From: an uncultured Muribaculaceae bacterium
GTDB lineage: Bacteria; Bacillota_I; Bacilli_A; RF39; UBA660
Direction: 5' to 3'
DNA: 64,000 nucleotides
NCBI GenBank assembly: GCA_964494015.1
Contig: CAZBQC010000001.1
Location: 7,551-71,550, forward strand
Shown: positions 17,441-27,504 of the stretch, one piece after another
Layout: each line of letters opens with the position of its first letter
Numbering within the stretch: position 1 is the first letter of the stretch
Program-made: the position numbers and the translations under genes
The notes under the pieces: model-generated
Seen by the model: only the letters and a program-made list of their open reading frames with translations
Told to the model about the DNA's origin: nothing
Databases searched by the model: none

Positions 17441-18388
17441 ATGAAAATGACTCCCATTAAGACTTTAATTATAAGTTTTATTGGTAATACTTTTTTATCC
17501 GTCTTTAAAATCGTGGCCGGTTTTTTAGGAAATTCTAAATCTTTAATCGCCGATGGAATTCATTCTTTTAGTGATTTAGCAACTGATCTTTTTTCTATTT
17601 TAGGAGCTAAATTATCTCATAAGCCAGCTGATCGTGATCATCCTTATGGCCATGGCAAATATGAATATATCACGAGCAGTGTTATTTCCATCACCATTAT
17701 TCTCTTAGGTGTTTTTCTAATGGTCGATTCTTTTAATGGTAAGTCAAGAATTCCTGACTTGAGAATTCTTTGTGTTGTCATTGTAGCGATCATTACAAAA
17801 TATTTTCTAGCTAGATTCATCTTAAAAAATGGCAAGAAATTTAAGAATCAAATCTTAATATCTTCTGGAAAAGAATCTTTTCTCGATGTCTTGACATCAG
17901 TCTTTGTCTTTTTGATTGTCATTCTTTCCCAATTTGCTAAAGAAATAAAATTTTTGAGTTATATCGATAAATCTGGTTCTTTAATAATTGGAATTTTCAT
18001 TATTATTAATGGCCTTAAATTATTGGGAAGTAATTTATCCCATCTCTTGGGTGAAATTGAAGAAGATACGGAGATCTATGATCAAATCAATGAAATAATT
18101 AAAGATAATTATCGCCATGTTACCTTAATAAATTTATTACTCGTCAAGTATGGACCATATTATCAAGCTCATATTAAAATTGGACTTGATCGCGGTACCA
18201 AAGTAGAAACTTTAACAGAAATGATCGATGTAATAGAAAGTAAAATTAAACAAAAAATTATCAATATTGGTTATATAACAACCAGTATTGATTGCTTGAA
18301 TGAAGGATGTGATTTAGATGCCAGAATTACCAGAGGTCGAAACAGTAAAAGAAACACTAAAAAGAAAAATTTTAAAGAAAAAAATTAG
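17441..18388 (+). CDS. Cation diffusion facilitator (CDF) family transporter.
   Basis: Six TM helices and the CDF signature HSFSDLATDL. The last 71 nt overlap the mutM start in another frame. Confidence 0.7.
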   Translation: MKMTPIKTLIISFIGNTFLSVFKIVAGFLGNSKSLIADGIHSFSDLATDLFSILGAKLSHKPADRDHPYGHGKYEYITSSVISITIILLGVFLMVDSFNGKSRIPDLRILCVVIVAIITKYFLARFILKNGKKFKNQILISSGKESFLDVLTSVFVFLIVILSQFAKEIKFLSYIDKSGSLIIGIFIIINGLKLLGSNLSHLLGEIEEDTEIYDQINEIIKDNYRHVTLINLLLVKYGPYYQAHIKIGLDRGTKVETLTEMIDVIESKIKQKIINIGYITTSIDCLNEGCDLDARITRGRNSKRNTKKKNFKEKN

Positions 18389-19133
18389 TAAAGTTACGGT
18401 TTTACATGATAAAATTATTGCCTTGCCAAGTGTCGATGAATTTAGAGGACAGTTAATTAATCAGGAGATCGTCGATATTCGAAGAAAAGGTAAGTGGTTG
18501 ATTTTTGTCTTAACTGATTATTACTTGCTTAGTCATTTGCGCATGGAAGGAAAATATTTTTATAAAGAAGCTAGTGATCCAATAAGAAAACATGATCACG
18601 TCATTTTTGATTTTAGTGATGGGACAAGCCTTAGATACAATGATGTTCGAAAATTTGGAAAGATGTATCTAGTCGATGATTTGGAGAAAGCTGTTCCCTT
18701 TTTAGAAATAGGTTTGGAACCATGGGATGAAAAATTGGTTCCCGATTATCTAAAATCTAAATATCAAAAGAAGAGACTTCCGATTAAGACTCTTTTATTA
18801 GATCAGACGATCATTACGGGAATTGGCAATATCTATGCCGATGAAATTTTATTTTTAAGTAAAATTAATCCTCTACTTAAACCCAGTGATTTAACAACTC
18901 AAAACTTATTAGATATTATTGATAATACTAAAAGAGTATTAGAGAAGGCCATCAGTTTAGGTGGAACGACAATTAGGAGCTATACTTCGAGTGAGGGAGT
19001 GACAGGAAAATTTCAAAATGAGTTGTATGTACATGCTCGAGAAAAGGGAGAATGTTTAGTCTGTAAAACGGAAATTATTAAAATAAAAGTCAATGGCCGG
19101 GGCACTTACTATTGTCCAAACTGTCAGAAATAA
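18318..19133 (+). CDS. mutM: Formamidopyrimidine-DNA glycosylase.
   Basis: N-terminal MPELPEVETV and a C-terminal zinc finger CLVC...CPNC. Confidence 0.9.
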   Translation: MPELPEVETVKETLKRKILKKKISKVTVLHDKIIALPSVDEFRGQLINQEIVDIRRKGKWLIFVLTDYYLLSHLRMEGKYFYKEASDPIRKHDHVIFDFSDGTSLRYNDVRKFGKMYLVDDLEKAVPFLEIGLEPWDEKLVPDYLKSKYQKKRLPIKTLLLDQTIITGIGNIYADEILFLSKINPLLKPSDLTTQNLLDIIDNTKRVLEKAISLGGTTIRSYTSSEGVTGKFQNELYVHAREKGECLVCKTEIIKIKVNGRGTYYCPNCQK

Positions 19134-19177
19134 ATCAATTGATTTTGAAATTAAATAAAAAGTTATATATTTAGTTT

Positions 19178-19216
19178 GTACCTAATACATTATTTGTATT
19201 AGGTACTTTTTTTTTA
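19178..19216 (+). terminator. Rho-independent terminator of mutM.
   Basis: GTACCTAATACA / TGTATTAGGTAC stem followed by T10. Confidence 0.7.
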
Positions 19217-19301
19217 TTCATTTTTCAGAAAAGGATGATGATTTTTAGGATTTAACCTGGGAAATAAGCAATAATTTATTTTATAGAATGGAGGAACAAA
19301 A

Positions 19302-20153
19302 ATGCGAACGTTGCAAGTCTTAGAATACGAAATAAACACTAAAATTATTAATAATGAAGATTATGTATCATTGACTGATATTGCAAAAAAAGTTAATCCA
19401 GAGGCACCTAGATTTGTGATTCAGAACTGGATGAGAAATAAAAACACGATTGATTTTATTGGATTATGGGAAATCATATATAATTATAATTTTAACCGTG
19501 TTGAATTCGAGGCGGTTAAATTGAAATATGGTTTTAATAGATTTGTTATGTCACCTACAAAGTGGATTGAGAATACTAATGCAATTGGTTTTATGACAAA
19601 AGCAGGTAAATATGATGGAGGGACATATGCTCATATTGATATTGCTTTAGAATTTGCATCATGGATAAGCCCGGAATTTAAATTATATATTTACACGGAA
19701 TTTAAAAGATTAAAAACAATAGAACAAAAACAATTAGGTTGGAATTTGAGAAGAACATTATCAAAAATTAATTATAATATTCATACCGATGCAATAAAAA
19801 ATAATTTAATACCAAAAGCAGTAACTAAAGATCAAATGAATCTAATATACGCAAATGAGGCAGATGTAATTAATGTTGCATTGTTTGGAATGACTGCCAA
19901 AGAATGGAAAATAAAAAATATAGGTAAAGTAGAGAATATAAGAGATTATGCCAATGTGGCAGAATTAGTTTGTCTAGTTAATTTAGAAAATTTAAATTCA
20001 GTTTATATAAATGAAGGAATGAGTCAAAAAGATAGATTAATTAAGTTAAATAATATAGCTATTCATCAAATGCAATTATTAACAAGTGATAATCGAATAC
20101 AAGCATTAGAAGAAGTTTCTCAAGTCAAATTGATTGAGGATAAAGAAATTTAG
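19302..20153 (+). CDS. KilA-N domain protein (phage-derived orphan).
   Basis: GTYAHIDIALEFASWISPEFKLYIY resembles the KilA-N/APSES core. It is flanked by terminators. Confidence 0.55.
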   Translation: MRTLQVLEYEINTKIINNEDYVSLTDIAKKVNPEAPRFVIQNWMRNKNTIDFIGLWEIIYNYNFNRVEFEAVKLKYGFNRFVMSPTKWIENTNAIGFMTKAGKYDGGTYAHIDIALEFASWISPEFKLYIYTEFKRLKTIEQKQLGWNLRRTLSKINYNIHTDAIKNNLIPKAVTKDQMNLIYANEADVINVALFGMTAKEWKIKNIGKVENIRDYANVAELVCLVNLENLNSVYINEGMSQKDRLIKLNNIAIHQMQLLTSDNRIQALEEVSQVKLIEDKEI

Positions 20154-20284
20154 TGTAGCTATAAAGAAAATACCGTTTCGTCATATAATTTAATAACGCA
20201 ATTATTGATTCTATGAAATGCTAATTGTAACTTAGGTTTAGAACACTTCAAGATAATGCAAGCATTAGAGAATGAAAGAAACTC

Positions 20285-20329
20285 AAAAAAAGAACATCTC
20301 TTACATTTGTAAGCAGATGTTCTTTTTGT
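20285..20329. terminator. Bidirectional terminator between the convergent KilA-N and CofE-like genes.
   Basis: Nested inverted repeat AGAACATCTCTTACA ttt TGTAAGCAGATGTTCT with A/T runs on both sides. Confidence 0.7.
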
Positions 20330-21525
20330 TAATCGGAATAATTTGTAAAATATCCTTTCGTAAGAACTAAAGGGGTACCTTTATCTCCACTTCCGGAAGT
20401 TAAATCACACAGTGATCCAATTAAATCAACATATCTTCTAGGAGTTGTTCCCAGTGAAATATTTTGAGCCATTAAATCCTTATCCTTTAATCTTATTTCT
20501 TCCTTAATTAAATCTTCAAGTTCTTCTCCCTTTGAATTTCTAAATTTATTATCAGCTAAATACTTAAGTTTAAGTTCATTTGGACTTCCTTCTAAGCCCT
20601 TTGTATATCCTGGACTTACGACAGGATCGGCAAGTTCCCATATTTTTCCAACCGGATCTTTAAATGCCCCATCACCGTAAACCATCACTTCGATAGTTTT
20701 ACCAGTTATTTCTTTTAATCTCTTTTGAATTTCTTCTACCACTTCTTGTGAATTACGGGGAAATAACTTCACTTTCTCTTCAGTAGCTCTGTTTGATCCT
20801 AACAGACCGTATGTTTCATTAAAACCATTTCCATTTCCTTTAGTAGTGTTAATATCGTCCAATCCATAGACGACTTGACAACCATTTTTTCTCAAGATAT
20901 TTTTGGATTCTTCTCTCGTATGAATATCACAACATAACACTTTATCAACATATCTTAAAATCGTCTCGACATGGTTAGCAAAAACGAACTCACATTCACA
21001 GTTTTCACTTTCGACTATTTCTTTATACAAATCGACATAATTTATTCCTGTAAAAAGATGTTTTTCTTGACCAAAATATTGTCGATATTCCTCCTCAGTT
21101 AGGACTTGATCATATGGATTAATATGATATTCACTCAATAACTCTTTTCTAAACAAGTGATTGCCTACTTCGTCAGCTGGATAACTTAAAACAATTGTTA
21201 ATTTATCCATGGCTCTAGCAAAAGCTTTCAATAAAATGGCAAATCTATTTCTACTTAAGATTGGAAAAGTAAGTCCAATATGACTTGACTTAAATTTATT
21301 TTTAACATCAGTCGCTATTTCATCGACAGTAACATAATTGCCAGCACTTCTACTTACAACTGCTTCAGTAATGGCTACGATATCACGGTCATCAAATTCG
21401 AAATTTTCGCTTTGACTAGCTCTTAACAAGGAAGATATCACAATATCTATTAAATCATCTCCCTCTTTAATAATTGGAGTTCTTATACCTCTTACAACGG
21501 TACCTACATCTTTCACAAACCTCAC
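20329..21525 (-). CDS. F420-0:gamma-glutamyl ligase (CofE)-like family protein of unknown role.
   Basis: The N-terminal IKEGDDLIDIV...DRDIVAITEAVVSRSAG resembles the CofE fold. At 398 aa it is longer than canonical CofE. Confidence 0.35.
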   Translation of the reverse strand: MRFVKDVGTVVRGIRTPIIKEGDDLIDIVISSLLRASQSENFEFDDRDIVAITEAVVSRSAGNYVTVDEIATDVKNKFKSSHIGLTFPILSRNRFAILLKAFARAMDKLTIVLSYPADEVGNHLFRKELLSEYHINPYDQVLTEEEYRQYFGQEKHLFTGINYVDLYKEIVESENCECEFVFANHVETILRYVDKVLCCDIHTREESKNILRKNGCQVVYGLDDINTTKGNGNGFNETYGLLGSNRATEEKVKLFPRNSQEVVEEIQKRLKEITGKTIEVMVYGDGAFKDPVGKIWELADPVVSPGYTKGLEGSPNELKLKYLADNKFRNSKGEELEDLIKEEIRLKDKDLMAQNISLGTTPRRYVDLIGSLCDLTSGSGDKGTPLVLTKGYFTNYSD

Positions 21526-21659
21526 CTCTTCTTTAATTATAGCATACTTTATTTTGGGTTGTCTGCTTTAACGAAGGCAAATATTGGTAAAAATATAGAA
21601 ATAATCGAAATAAAATGATATAATACTTCTCAAATATTTAAAGGGAAGGGGGCTATTTT

Positions 21660-22457
21660 ATGGAAAAATACGAGGAAGCATTAAAATTATTTATTAATAA
21701 AATGGGATATAAAACTAATGAAAATGTTATTGGAATAGTTTTATATGGTAGTCATTTAACTGGTTATGCTCACAGTAAATCAGATATAGATTTACATGTT
21801 ATCATGCGCGATAACATAGATGTTTTGATTAGAGGGGCTTCAGTTGATTATGATTTTAAAACAGAATATTTTGAGAAGCCATTACAAGATTTGTATTTAT
21901 CAGCTGATAATGATTTTGTATCACAGAATAATGCTATGGTTCCAATAATAGGATATGGGAAAATATTATATGATCCAACCGGCGTAGTAAAAGTACTTCA
22001 AGGTTATATTTTAGAAAAATATAAAGAGCCATTGCCACCGTTAGAACTTGACGACGCAAAAGAAATGGCAGTAATAATAGCTAATAGAATTTCAACATTA
22101 CAAGTAATGTATGAAAATGATAGTCCATGGTTTAATCATAACTATCATAAAACAATAGAAAAGCTAAGGAAGTTTTATTCAAGAAAACTTGGTTGTCCTG
22201 ATATACCTGATTATAAAGCAGAAAAATTATATTCAAATGAAAATTATCGGCAAGCATTTTGCAAATCCATAATACCAGATATAGAATTTATTAGATTATA
22301 TTTTGAAGCAGCTACTTGTGATGGAGACAATAAAGAAAAAATGACATATATAAATGCTATTTATGAGTATACAACAAAAGACTTAAACTTAGATCCAAAT
22401 AATTATAGGATTATGATTAAATCAAGAAATAATCCTATGAATAAAATTCACGAATAA
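21660..22457 (+). CDS. Nucleotidyltransferase-domain protein (ANT/Lnu-like minimal NTase fold).
   Basis: The GS-X9-SDIDL motif is present as LYGSHLTGYAHSKSDIDLHV. 265 aa. Confidence 0.4.
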   Translation: MEKYEEALKLFINKMGYKTNENVIGIVLYGSHLTGYAHSKSDIDLHVIMRDNIDVLIRGASVDYDFKTEYFEKPLQDLYLSADNDFVSQNNAMVPIIGYGKILYDPTGVVKVLQGYILEKYKEPLPPLELDDAKEMAVIIANRISTLQVMYENDSPWFNHNYHKTIEKLRKFYSRKLGCPDIPDYKAEKLYSNENYRQAFCKSIIPDIEFIRLYFEAATCDGDNKEKMTYINAIYEYTTKDLNLDPNNYRIMIKSRNNPMNKIHE

Positions 22458-22458
22458 A

Positions 22459-22490
22459 AAGAAATAATCAAAAAATTATTTCTTTTTCCT
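22459..22490 (+). terminator. Terminator after the NTase gene.
   Basis: AAGAAATAAT caaaaa ATTATTTCTT is a perfect 10-bp stem followed by TTTCC. Confidence 0.5.
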
Positions 22491-22658
22491 ATTCTGGATT
22501 TACCTTGGGAAAAAATAGATTTTCCTAATTGAGTATAATTAATGTTAATGACAAATGCTTGATTTTAAAGCATTTTTATACTGTAATATTATTTAAACAA
22601 GTTAAGTAATAGTTTATTATTTATCTTTTTCATTATATAATAACGGTAGGTGATTTAG

Positions 22659-24416
22659 ATGTTCAAAGAGAAATTAGCTTTAGTACCATCACTTCCTGGC
22701 TGCTATCAAATGAAAAATAAAGATGGGATGATTATTTATGTTGGTAAAGCCAAGAATTTAAAGCATCGTCTTCGAAGTTATTTTACAGGAACAGTTACGG
22801 GTAAGACTTTGATGTTAGTCAATGATATAGTTGACTTTGAATATATTGTCACAAGTAGTGAATTAGAAAGTTTGATCCTAGAAATAAATCTCATTAAAAA
22901 ATATAATCCGAAATATAATATTCTGTTAAAAGATGATAAAAGTTATCCTTATATTGAACTTACCTTAGATAAATATCCAGTTTTAAAAGTAGTTAGATAT
23001 GCTAATCGAAAAAAGAATCGTACTAATTTATTTGGACCATATCCCAGTGTCGGAAGTGCCAGAAATACCGTGGAACTTTTAAATCGTATTTATCCACTTC
23101 GCAAATGTGAAAGATTAAAAAAAGAGGTTTGTCTATATTATCATATTGGAGAATGCCTTGGCTATTGTCAGAATGATATTGATCCGATCAAAATAAAAAA
23201 ATTGGTCAAAGAAATTTCCGTTTTTTTGAATGGTAACAGTCAAAATATTCTTGAAAAATTAGAAAAAGAAATGGTTAAAGCGAGCGATAGCTTAAACTTT
23301 GAACGAGCTAAAGAGTTAAAAGAGTTAATGAATAATGTTAAGATTACTTTAAGACCACAGAATATCGATCTAAATAAAAATTATCATTTTGATATCTTTG
23401 GGGCCTATAAGAATAATAATTACTTATCTATTCAAGTTTTCTTTATTCGAAATGGACTCTTATTTGGAAGACACAAAGATATTATTCAGATTGTCGACGA
23501 AGAACAAGAAGAATTGTTAGAGTATATTATTAAGTTCTACGACAAGAATAATCTTTTACCAAAAGAAATCTTAGTAGGTTCAAAGATCGATCAAGAACTA
23601 TTGAAAGACTATTTAAAAATTAAAGTGACGTTACCTAAGAAAGGTAAGCTAAAGAAATTATTAGAAATGGTTACCGATAATGCCAGAATTGAACTTCATA
23701 ATCAGGAGGCAGTTTTAAATAACAATGAAAAAGTTAGATTGGAAGCTCTTCAAGACTTGAAATCACTATTAAAAATGGATCAGGTGAAAAGAATTGAAGC
23801 TTTCGATAATTCACATTTATTTGGAACTTTCTATGTTGGCGGGATGGTCGTCTTTGAAGACTTTTTGCCAGTTAAAAATGATTATCGAAAATATAAGATT
23901 GCTACTTCAGTCAAAGACGATATCAGTGCGATGAAAGAAGTAATTTATCGAAGATATTTTAAAGTCTTAATGGAGAACTTGGTTAAACCTGATTTAATCA
24001 TTGTCGATGGTGGTAAAGCTCAAGTTCGTGTGGCGAAAGAAATTATCGATAGTTTAAAATTAAAGATTAAGGTTATCGGTCTAAAGAAGGATGATAGACA
24101 TAATACGGATGTCATAATTGATGAAGAGGGTCAAGAAATCAAAATTGATAACCATAGTAATCTCTTTCTCTTTTTAGCTAAAATTCAAAAAGAAGTTCAT
24201 GAGTATACTGTCAATTATCATCGCAATATTAAAAGTAAAGGAGCTTTAATGAGTCTTTTAGATCTCGTTCCTGGAGTTGGCGAGGTTCGAAAAAAAGACT
24301 TATTAAAGAAATATTCCTCACTGAAGAAAATGAAAGATGCTACTTTAGAAGAATTAGAAGAATTTCTTAATAAAGATGTGGCTTTATCTTTATTTACTTA
24401 TTTAAAAGAGTTATAA
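22659..24416 (+). CDS. uvrC: Excinuclease ABC subunit C.
   Basis: GIY-YIG N-terminus (GCYQMKNKDGMIIYVGKAKNLKHRLRSY) and a C-terminal HhH. RBS GGTAGGTGAT. Confidence 0.9.
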   Translation: MFKEKLALVPSLPGCYQMKNKDGMIIYVGKAKNLKHRLRSYFTGTVTGKTLMLVNDIVDFEYIVTSSELESLILEINLIKKYNPKYNILLKDDKSYPYIELTLDKYPVLKVVRYANRKKNRTNLFGPYPSVGSARNTVELLNRIYPLRKCERLKKEVCLYYHIGECLGYCQNDIDPIKIKKLVKEISVFLNGNSQNILEKLEKEMVKASDSLNFERAKELKELMNNVKITLRPQNIDLNKNYHFDIFGAYKNNNYLSIQVFFIRNGLLFGRHKDIIQIVDEEQEELLEYIIKFYDKNNLLPKEILVGSKIDQELLKDYLKIKVTLPKKGKLKKLLEMVTDNARIELHNQEAVLNNNEKVRLEALQDLKSLLKMDQVKRIEAFDNSHLFGTFYVGGMVVFEDFLPVKNDYRKYKIATSVKDDISAMKEVIYRRYFKVLMENLVKPDLIIVDGGKAQVRVAKEIIDSLKLKIKVIGLKKDDRHNTDVIIDEEGQEIKIDNHSNLFLFLAKIQKEVHEYTVNYHRNIKSKGALMSLLDLVPGVGEVRKKDLLKKYSSLKKMKDATLEELEEFLNKDVALSLFTYLKEL

Positions 24417-24436
24417 TTATCTAAGAAAGGTAAAAT

Positions 24437-24814
24437 ATGATCGATAGAATTAAATTTATTTGTAAGTTAGTTATCGTGTTAGTAGTTTTAGGAGTATTAG
24501 GGAGCTTTGTTTATTATTATATTATAAAAACGATTAGGAGTACTCAAAAATATGCCTACAATATCATCGAATTAAATATGCAGTCAGCAGTAATTTCTTA
24601 TTTTTTAAGTGATTCTGAATTACTTGTTTCTAAGTTTACGAAAAAAGTGGGTTTAGAAGAATTAGTAACTAGTGGGCATTTAGATGGAAAAAGTATTGCT
24701 ACAGAATGTAATCAGAGTAAAAGTTATGTAATTGGAACAGTTGATGATAACAAGAGTATATCTTATCAAGTTTGTTTAATTTGTGAGGGATATAAATCAG
24801 ATAGTTGTTCTTAA
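24437..24814 (+). CDS. Small membrane-anchored hypothetical protein.
   Basis: 125 aa with an N-terminal TM helix. It is wedged between uvrC and mutL. Confidence 0.35.
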   Translation: MIDRIKFICKLVIVLVVLGVLGSFVYYYIIKTIRSTQKYAYNIIELNMQSAVISYFLSDSELLVSKFTKKVGLEELVTSGHLDGKSIATECNQSKSYVIGTVDDNKSISYQVCLICEGYKSDSCS

Positions 24815-24824
24815 GAGGGTGGTG

Positions 24825-26552
24825 ATGGAAGTGACAAATAAAGTTCATTTGATGAGTGAAGAATTATCCAATAAAATAGCAGCTGGAGAAGTGGTCGAAA
24901 AAGTGATGAATGTCGTCAAGGAACTCGTTGAAAACAGTATTGATGCTCTAAGTACTGAAATTAAAATAGCCCTAGTTGAATCGGGAATTAAAGAAATAAC
25001 AGTGAGTGATGATGGGTTAGGTATGGATGAAGAAGACGCCGTTTTAGCGTTTTCAAGACATGCGACCAGTAAATTATTGGAGCTTGATGATTTATTTTCG
25101 ATTAATACTTTAGGATTTAGAGGAGAAGCCTTACCTTCGATTGCAGCGATTAGTGAACTTGTTTTAAAAACTTCAAATACTAAGACAGGAACGATGGTTG
25201 TTATCAATGGTGGTAAAATTATTGAGGTTCTTAAATCTGATTTAAGAAAAGGGACCATCATTACTGTTAAAAATTTATTTTATAACACTCCTGTTCGTCT
25301 AAAGTATTTAAACAGTCTTTATAGTGAATTAGCAAATACTGTTGACTATGTCAATAAGATGGCTTTAAGTTATCCAAATATTAGGTTTACTTTAACGAAT
25401 AATGATAAAGTTTTATTAAGTACTGATGGCAGTAATAATTTATTAAAAGTAATCAATAGTATCTATGGACTTGAAGTCAGTAAAAAAATGTTAGAATTGG
25501 ATTCATCGAATGAAGATTATCAGCTTAGTGGATATATATCATATCCAGAAATAGCCAGAAGCAGCAAGAGTAATATGACAGTTTTGGTCAATAATCGAGT
25601 TATTCGTAATAATGAGATTATTAAAACAGTTTTAGAAGCATATCATACTTATATTCCAGTCGATAAATATCCAATTATGGTCTTGAAGATTGAAGTTGAT
25701 CCAAGTTTAATCGATGTCAATATTCATCCAACCAAGATGGATATTAAGTTTTCTAAATTGGAGAAATTAAAAGAGTTAATTAATGAGACGATCAATAAAA
25801 AATTAAAAGAAGCATTATTGATACCAGAAATTAGAATTGATCGAGAACCTCTTAAGGAAGATTTTTCTAGTCTTGAAATAAAAAAAGATATAGAACCTGA
25901 TTTAAAATATGAGGATTTATCTTTTAACTTGGAAGTTAGCGATAATCATGAAGAAGATGTTAAAGAAAGTCGGATCAAAGAGATGTATCCAGTTGGATTA
26001 GTACATGGTACTTATATTATTGCCGAAAACGAAATAGGGATGTTTATTATCGATCAACATGCAGCAGCTGAGAGAGTTAATTATGAAAAATACTTAAATA
26101 ATCTAATGCAAGAAAAAGTTGATACGATTAACTTATTAGTACCAATTACAATCGAATTAACCAATAAAGAATATTTAATCTTAAAAGAACATTTTCAGAT
26201 TTTAGAAGAGTTAAAAATAGACTATGAAGAGTTTGGATTAAATACGATTATGATTCGAAGTCATCCGGTCTGGTTACCTAAATATGCCTTGGAAGAGTCA
26301 ATTAGAAAGATTATCGAAATCATTATCGATAACTTAGATTTCAATTTAGAAAGATTTAGAGAGAAAGTAGCGATTACTTTAGCTTGTAAGTTAAGTATTA
26401 AGGGTAATATGGCTACAACTAGTGAAGATATGACTTATTTAATTGAAGCTTTACGAAAGACTAATAATCCTTTTACTTGTCCACATGGAAGACCAACGAT
26501 TATAACTTATTCGAAATATGATTTAGAGAAATTATTTAAAAGGGCTGAGTAG
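24825..26552 (+). CDS. mutL: DNA mismatch repair protein MutL.
   Basis: GHKL ATPase motifs (KIAAGEVVE, ELVENSIDA, GFRGEAL). The probable start is ATG 24825 after RBS AGAGGGTGG. The GTG at 24783 is the ORF-track start. Confidence 0.9.
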   Translation: MEVTNKVHLMSEELSNKIAAGEVVEKVMNVVKELVENSIDALSTEIKIALVESGIKEITVSDDGLGMDEEDAVLAFSRHATSKLLELDDLFSINTLGFRGEALPSIAAISELVLKTSNTKTGTMVVINGGKIIEVLKSDLRKGTIITVKNLFYNTPVRLKYLNSLYSELANTVDYVNKMALSYPNIRFTLTNNDKVLLSTDGSNNLLKVINSIYGLEVSKKMLELDSSNEDYQLSGYISYPEIARSSKSNMTVLVNNRVIRNNEIIKTVLEAYHTYIPVDKYPIMVLKIEVDPSLIDVNIHPTKMDIKFSKLEKLKELINETINKKLKEALLIPEIRIDREPLKEDFSSLEIKKDIEPDLKYEDLSFNLEVSDNHEEDVKESRIKEMYPVGLVHGTYIIAENEIGMFIIDQHAAAERVNYEKYLNNLMQEKVDTINLLVPITIELTNKEYLILKEHFQILEELKIDYEEFGLNTIMIRSHPVWLPKYALEESIRKIIEIIIDNLDFNLERFREKVAITLACKLSIKGNMATTSEDMTYLIEALRKTNNPFTCPHGRPTIITYSKYDLEKLFKRAE

Positions 26553-26555
26553 GGT

Positions 26556-27458
26556 ATGAAATTAGAAGATAAAACAATTATTGTGATCACTGGACCAACA
26601 GGAGTTGGAAAAACCAAGTTAAGTATTGCTTTAGCCAAGTTATTAGCTGGTGAAGTTATCAATGCCGACAGTATGCAAGTCTATAAAGATTTAAATATTG
26701 GAACAGCTAAGATCAAAGAAGAAGAAAAAGAAGGAATTAAACACCATCTTTTTGATATTTGTGAACTTGACCATGATTATAATATTTTTGAATATCAGAA
26801 AGATTGTCGAAAAAAAATTAAAGAGATTTTTAAACGAGGCAAAACTCCTATTCTAGTAGGAGGAAGTGGCTTATATATTAAAGCTGCATTATTTGATTAT
26901 AATTTTCAGGAAGAAACGATTAAAGATGATTATGAAGACTTATCAAACGAAGAAATATTAAATAAAATTAAAGAATTTAATCCCGAATGCAGTATTCATA
27001 TCAATAATCGGAAGAGATTGGTTAGAGAATTAAACAAGTGTCGTAATAATAATCTTGCTAATAAGAATGGCAATAAGTTACTGTATAAAGCTATTTTTAT
27101 CGGTTTAACGACAAGTCGTGAAGAGTTATATCAAATAATTAATCGTCGTGTCGACAAGATGATTCATAAAGGTTTGATTCAGGAGGTCGAAGAGTTATAT
27201 AAAAAGAAAATCTGGACGAAAGCGATTCAAACAGCGATCGGGTACAAAGAATTATATAAATACTTTGATCAGGAAATAACTAAAGAAGAAGCGATTGAAC
27301 TGATCAAGAAGAATTCCCGTAATTATGCTAAGAGGCAATATACTTTTTTACATCATCAAATAAGTGTTAATTGGTTTTTAGTTAATTTTAATAATTTTAA
27401 AGAAACGATTAGTGAAATTCACAAATTTATTAAAAATGAAAAAAAGCTATTGAAATAA
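26556..27458 (+). CDS. miaA: tRNA dimethylallyltransferase.
   Basis: P-loop GPTGVGKT. It follows mutL, which is the conserved order. Confidence 0.85.
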   Translation: MKLEDKTIIVITGPTGVGKTKLSIALAKLLAGEVINADSMQVYKDLNIGTAKIKEEEKEGIKHHLFDICELDHDYNIFEYQKDCRKKIKEIFKRGKTPILVGGSGLYIKAALFDYNFQEETIKDDYEDLSNEEILNKIKEFNPECSIHINNRKRLVRELNKCRNNNLANKNGNKLLYKAIFIGLTTSREELYQIINRRVDKMIHKGLIQEVEELYKKKIWTKAIQTAIGYKELYKYFDQEITKEEAIELIKKNSRNYAKRQYTFLHHQISVNWFLVNFNNFKETISEIHKFIKNEKKLLK

Positions 27459-27504
27459 ATAATCATTGATGATAGAATTTAAGTAGTATGATAGGAGGAA
27501 TAAG

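Noticed and set aside
22659-24416. A LexA/SOS box (GAAC-N4-GTTC) upstream of uvrC or polA.
   Set aside because: I saw no such motif in the 200 nt upstream of either gene.
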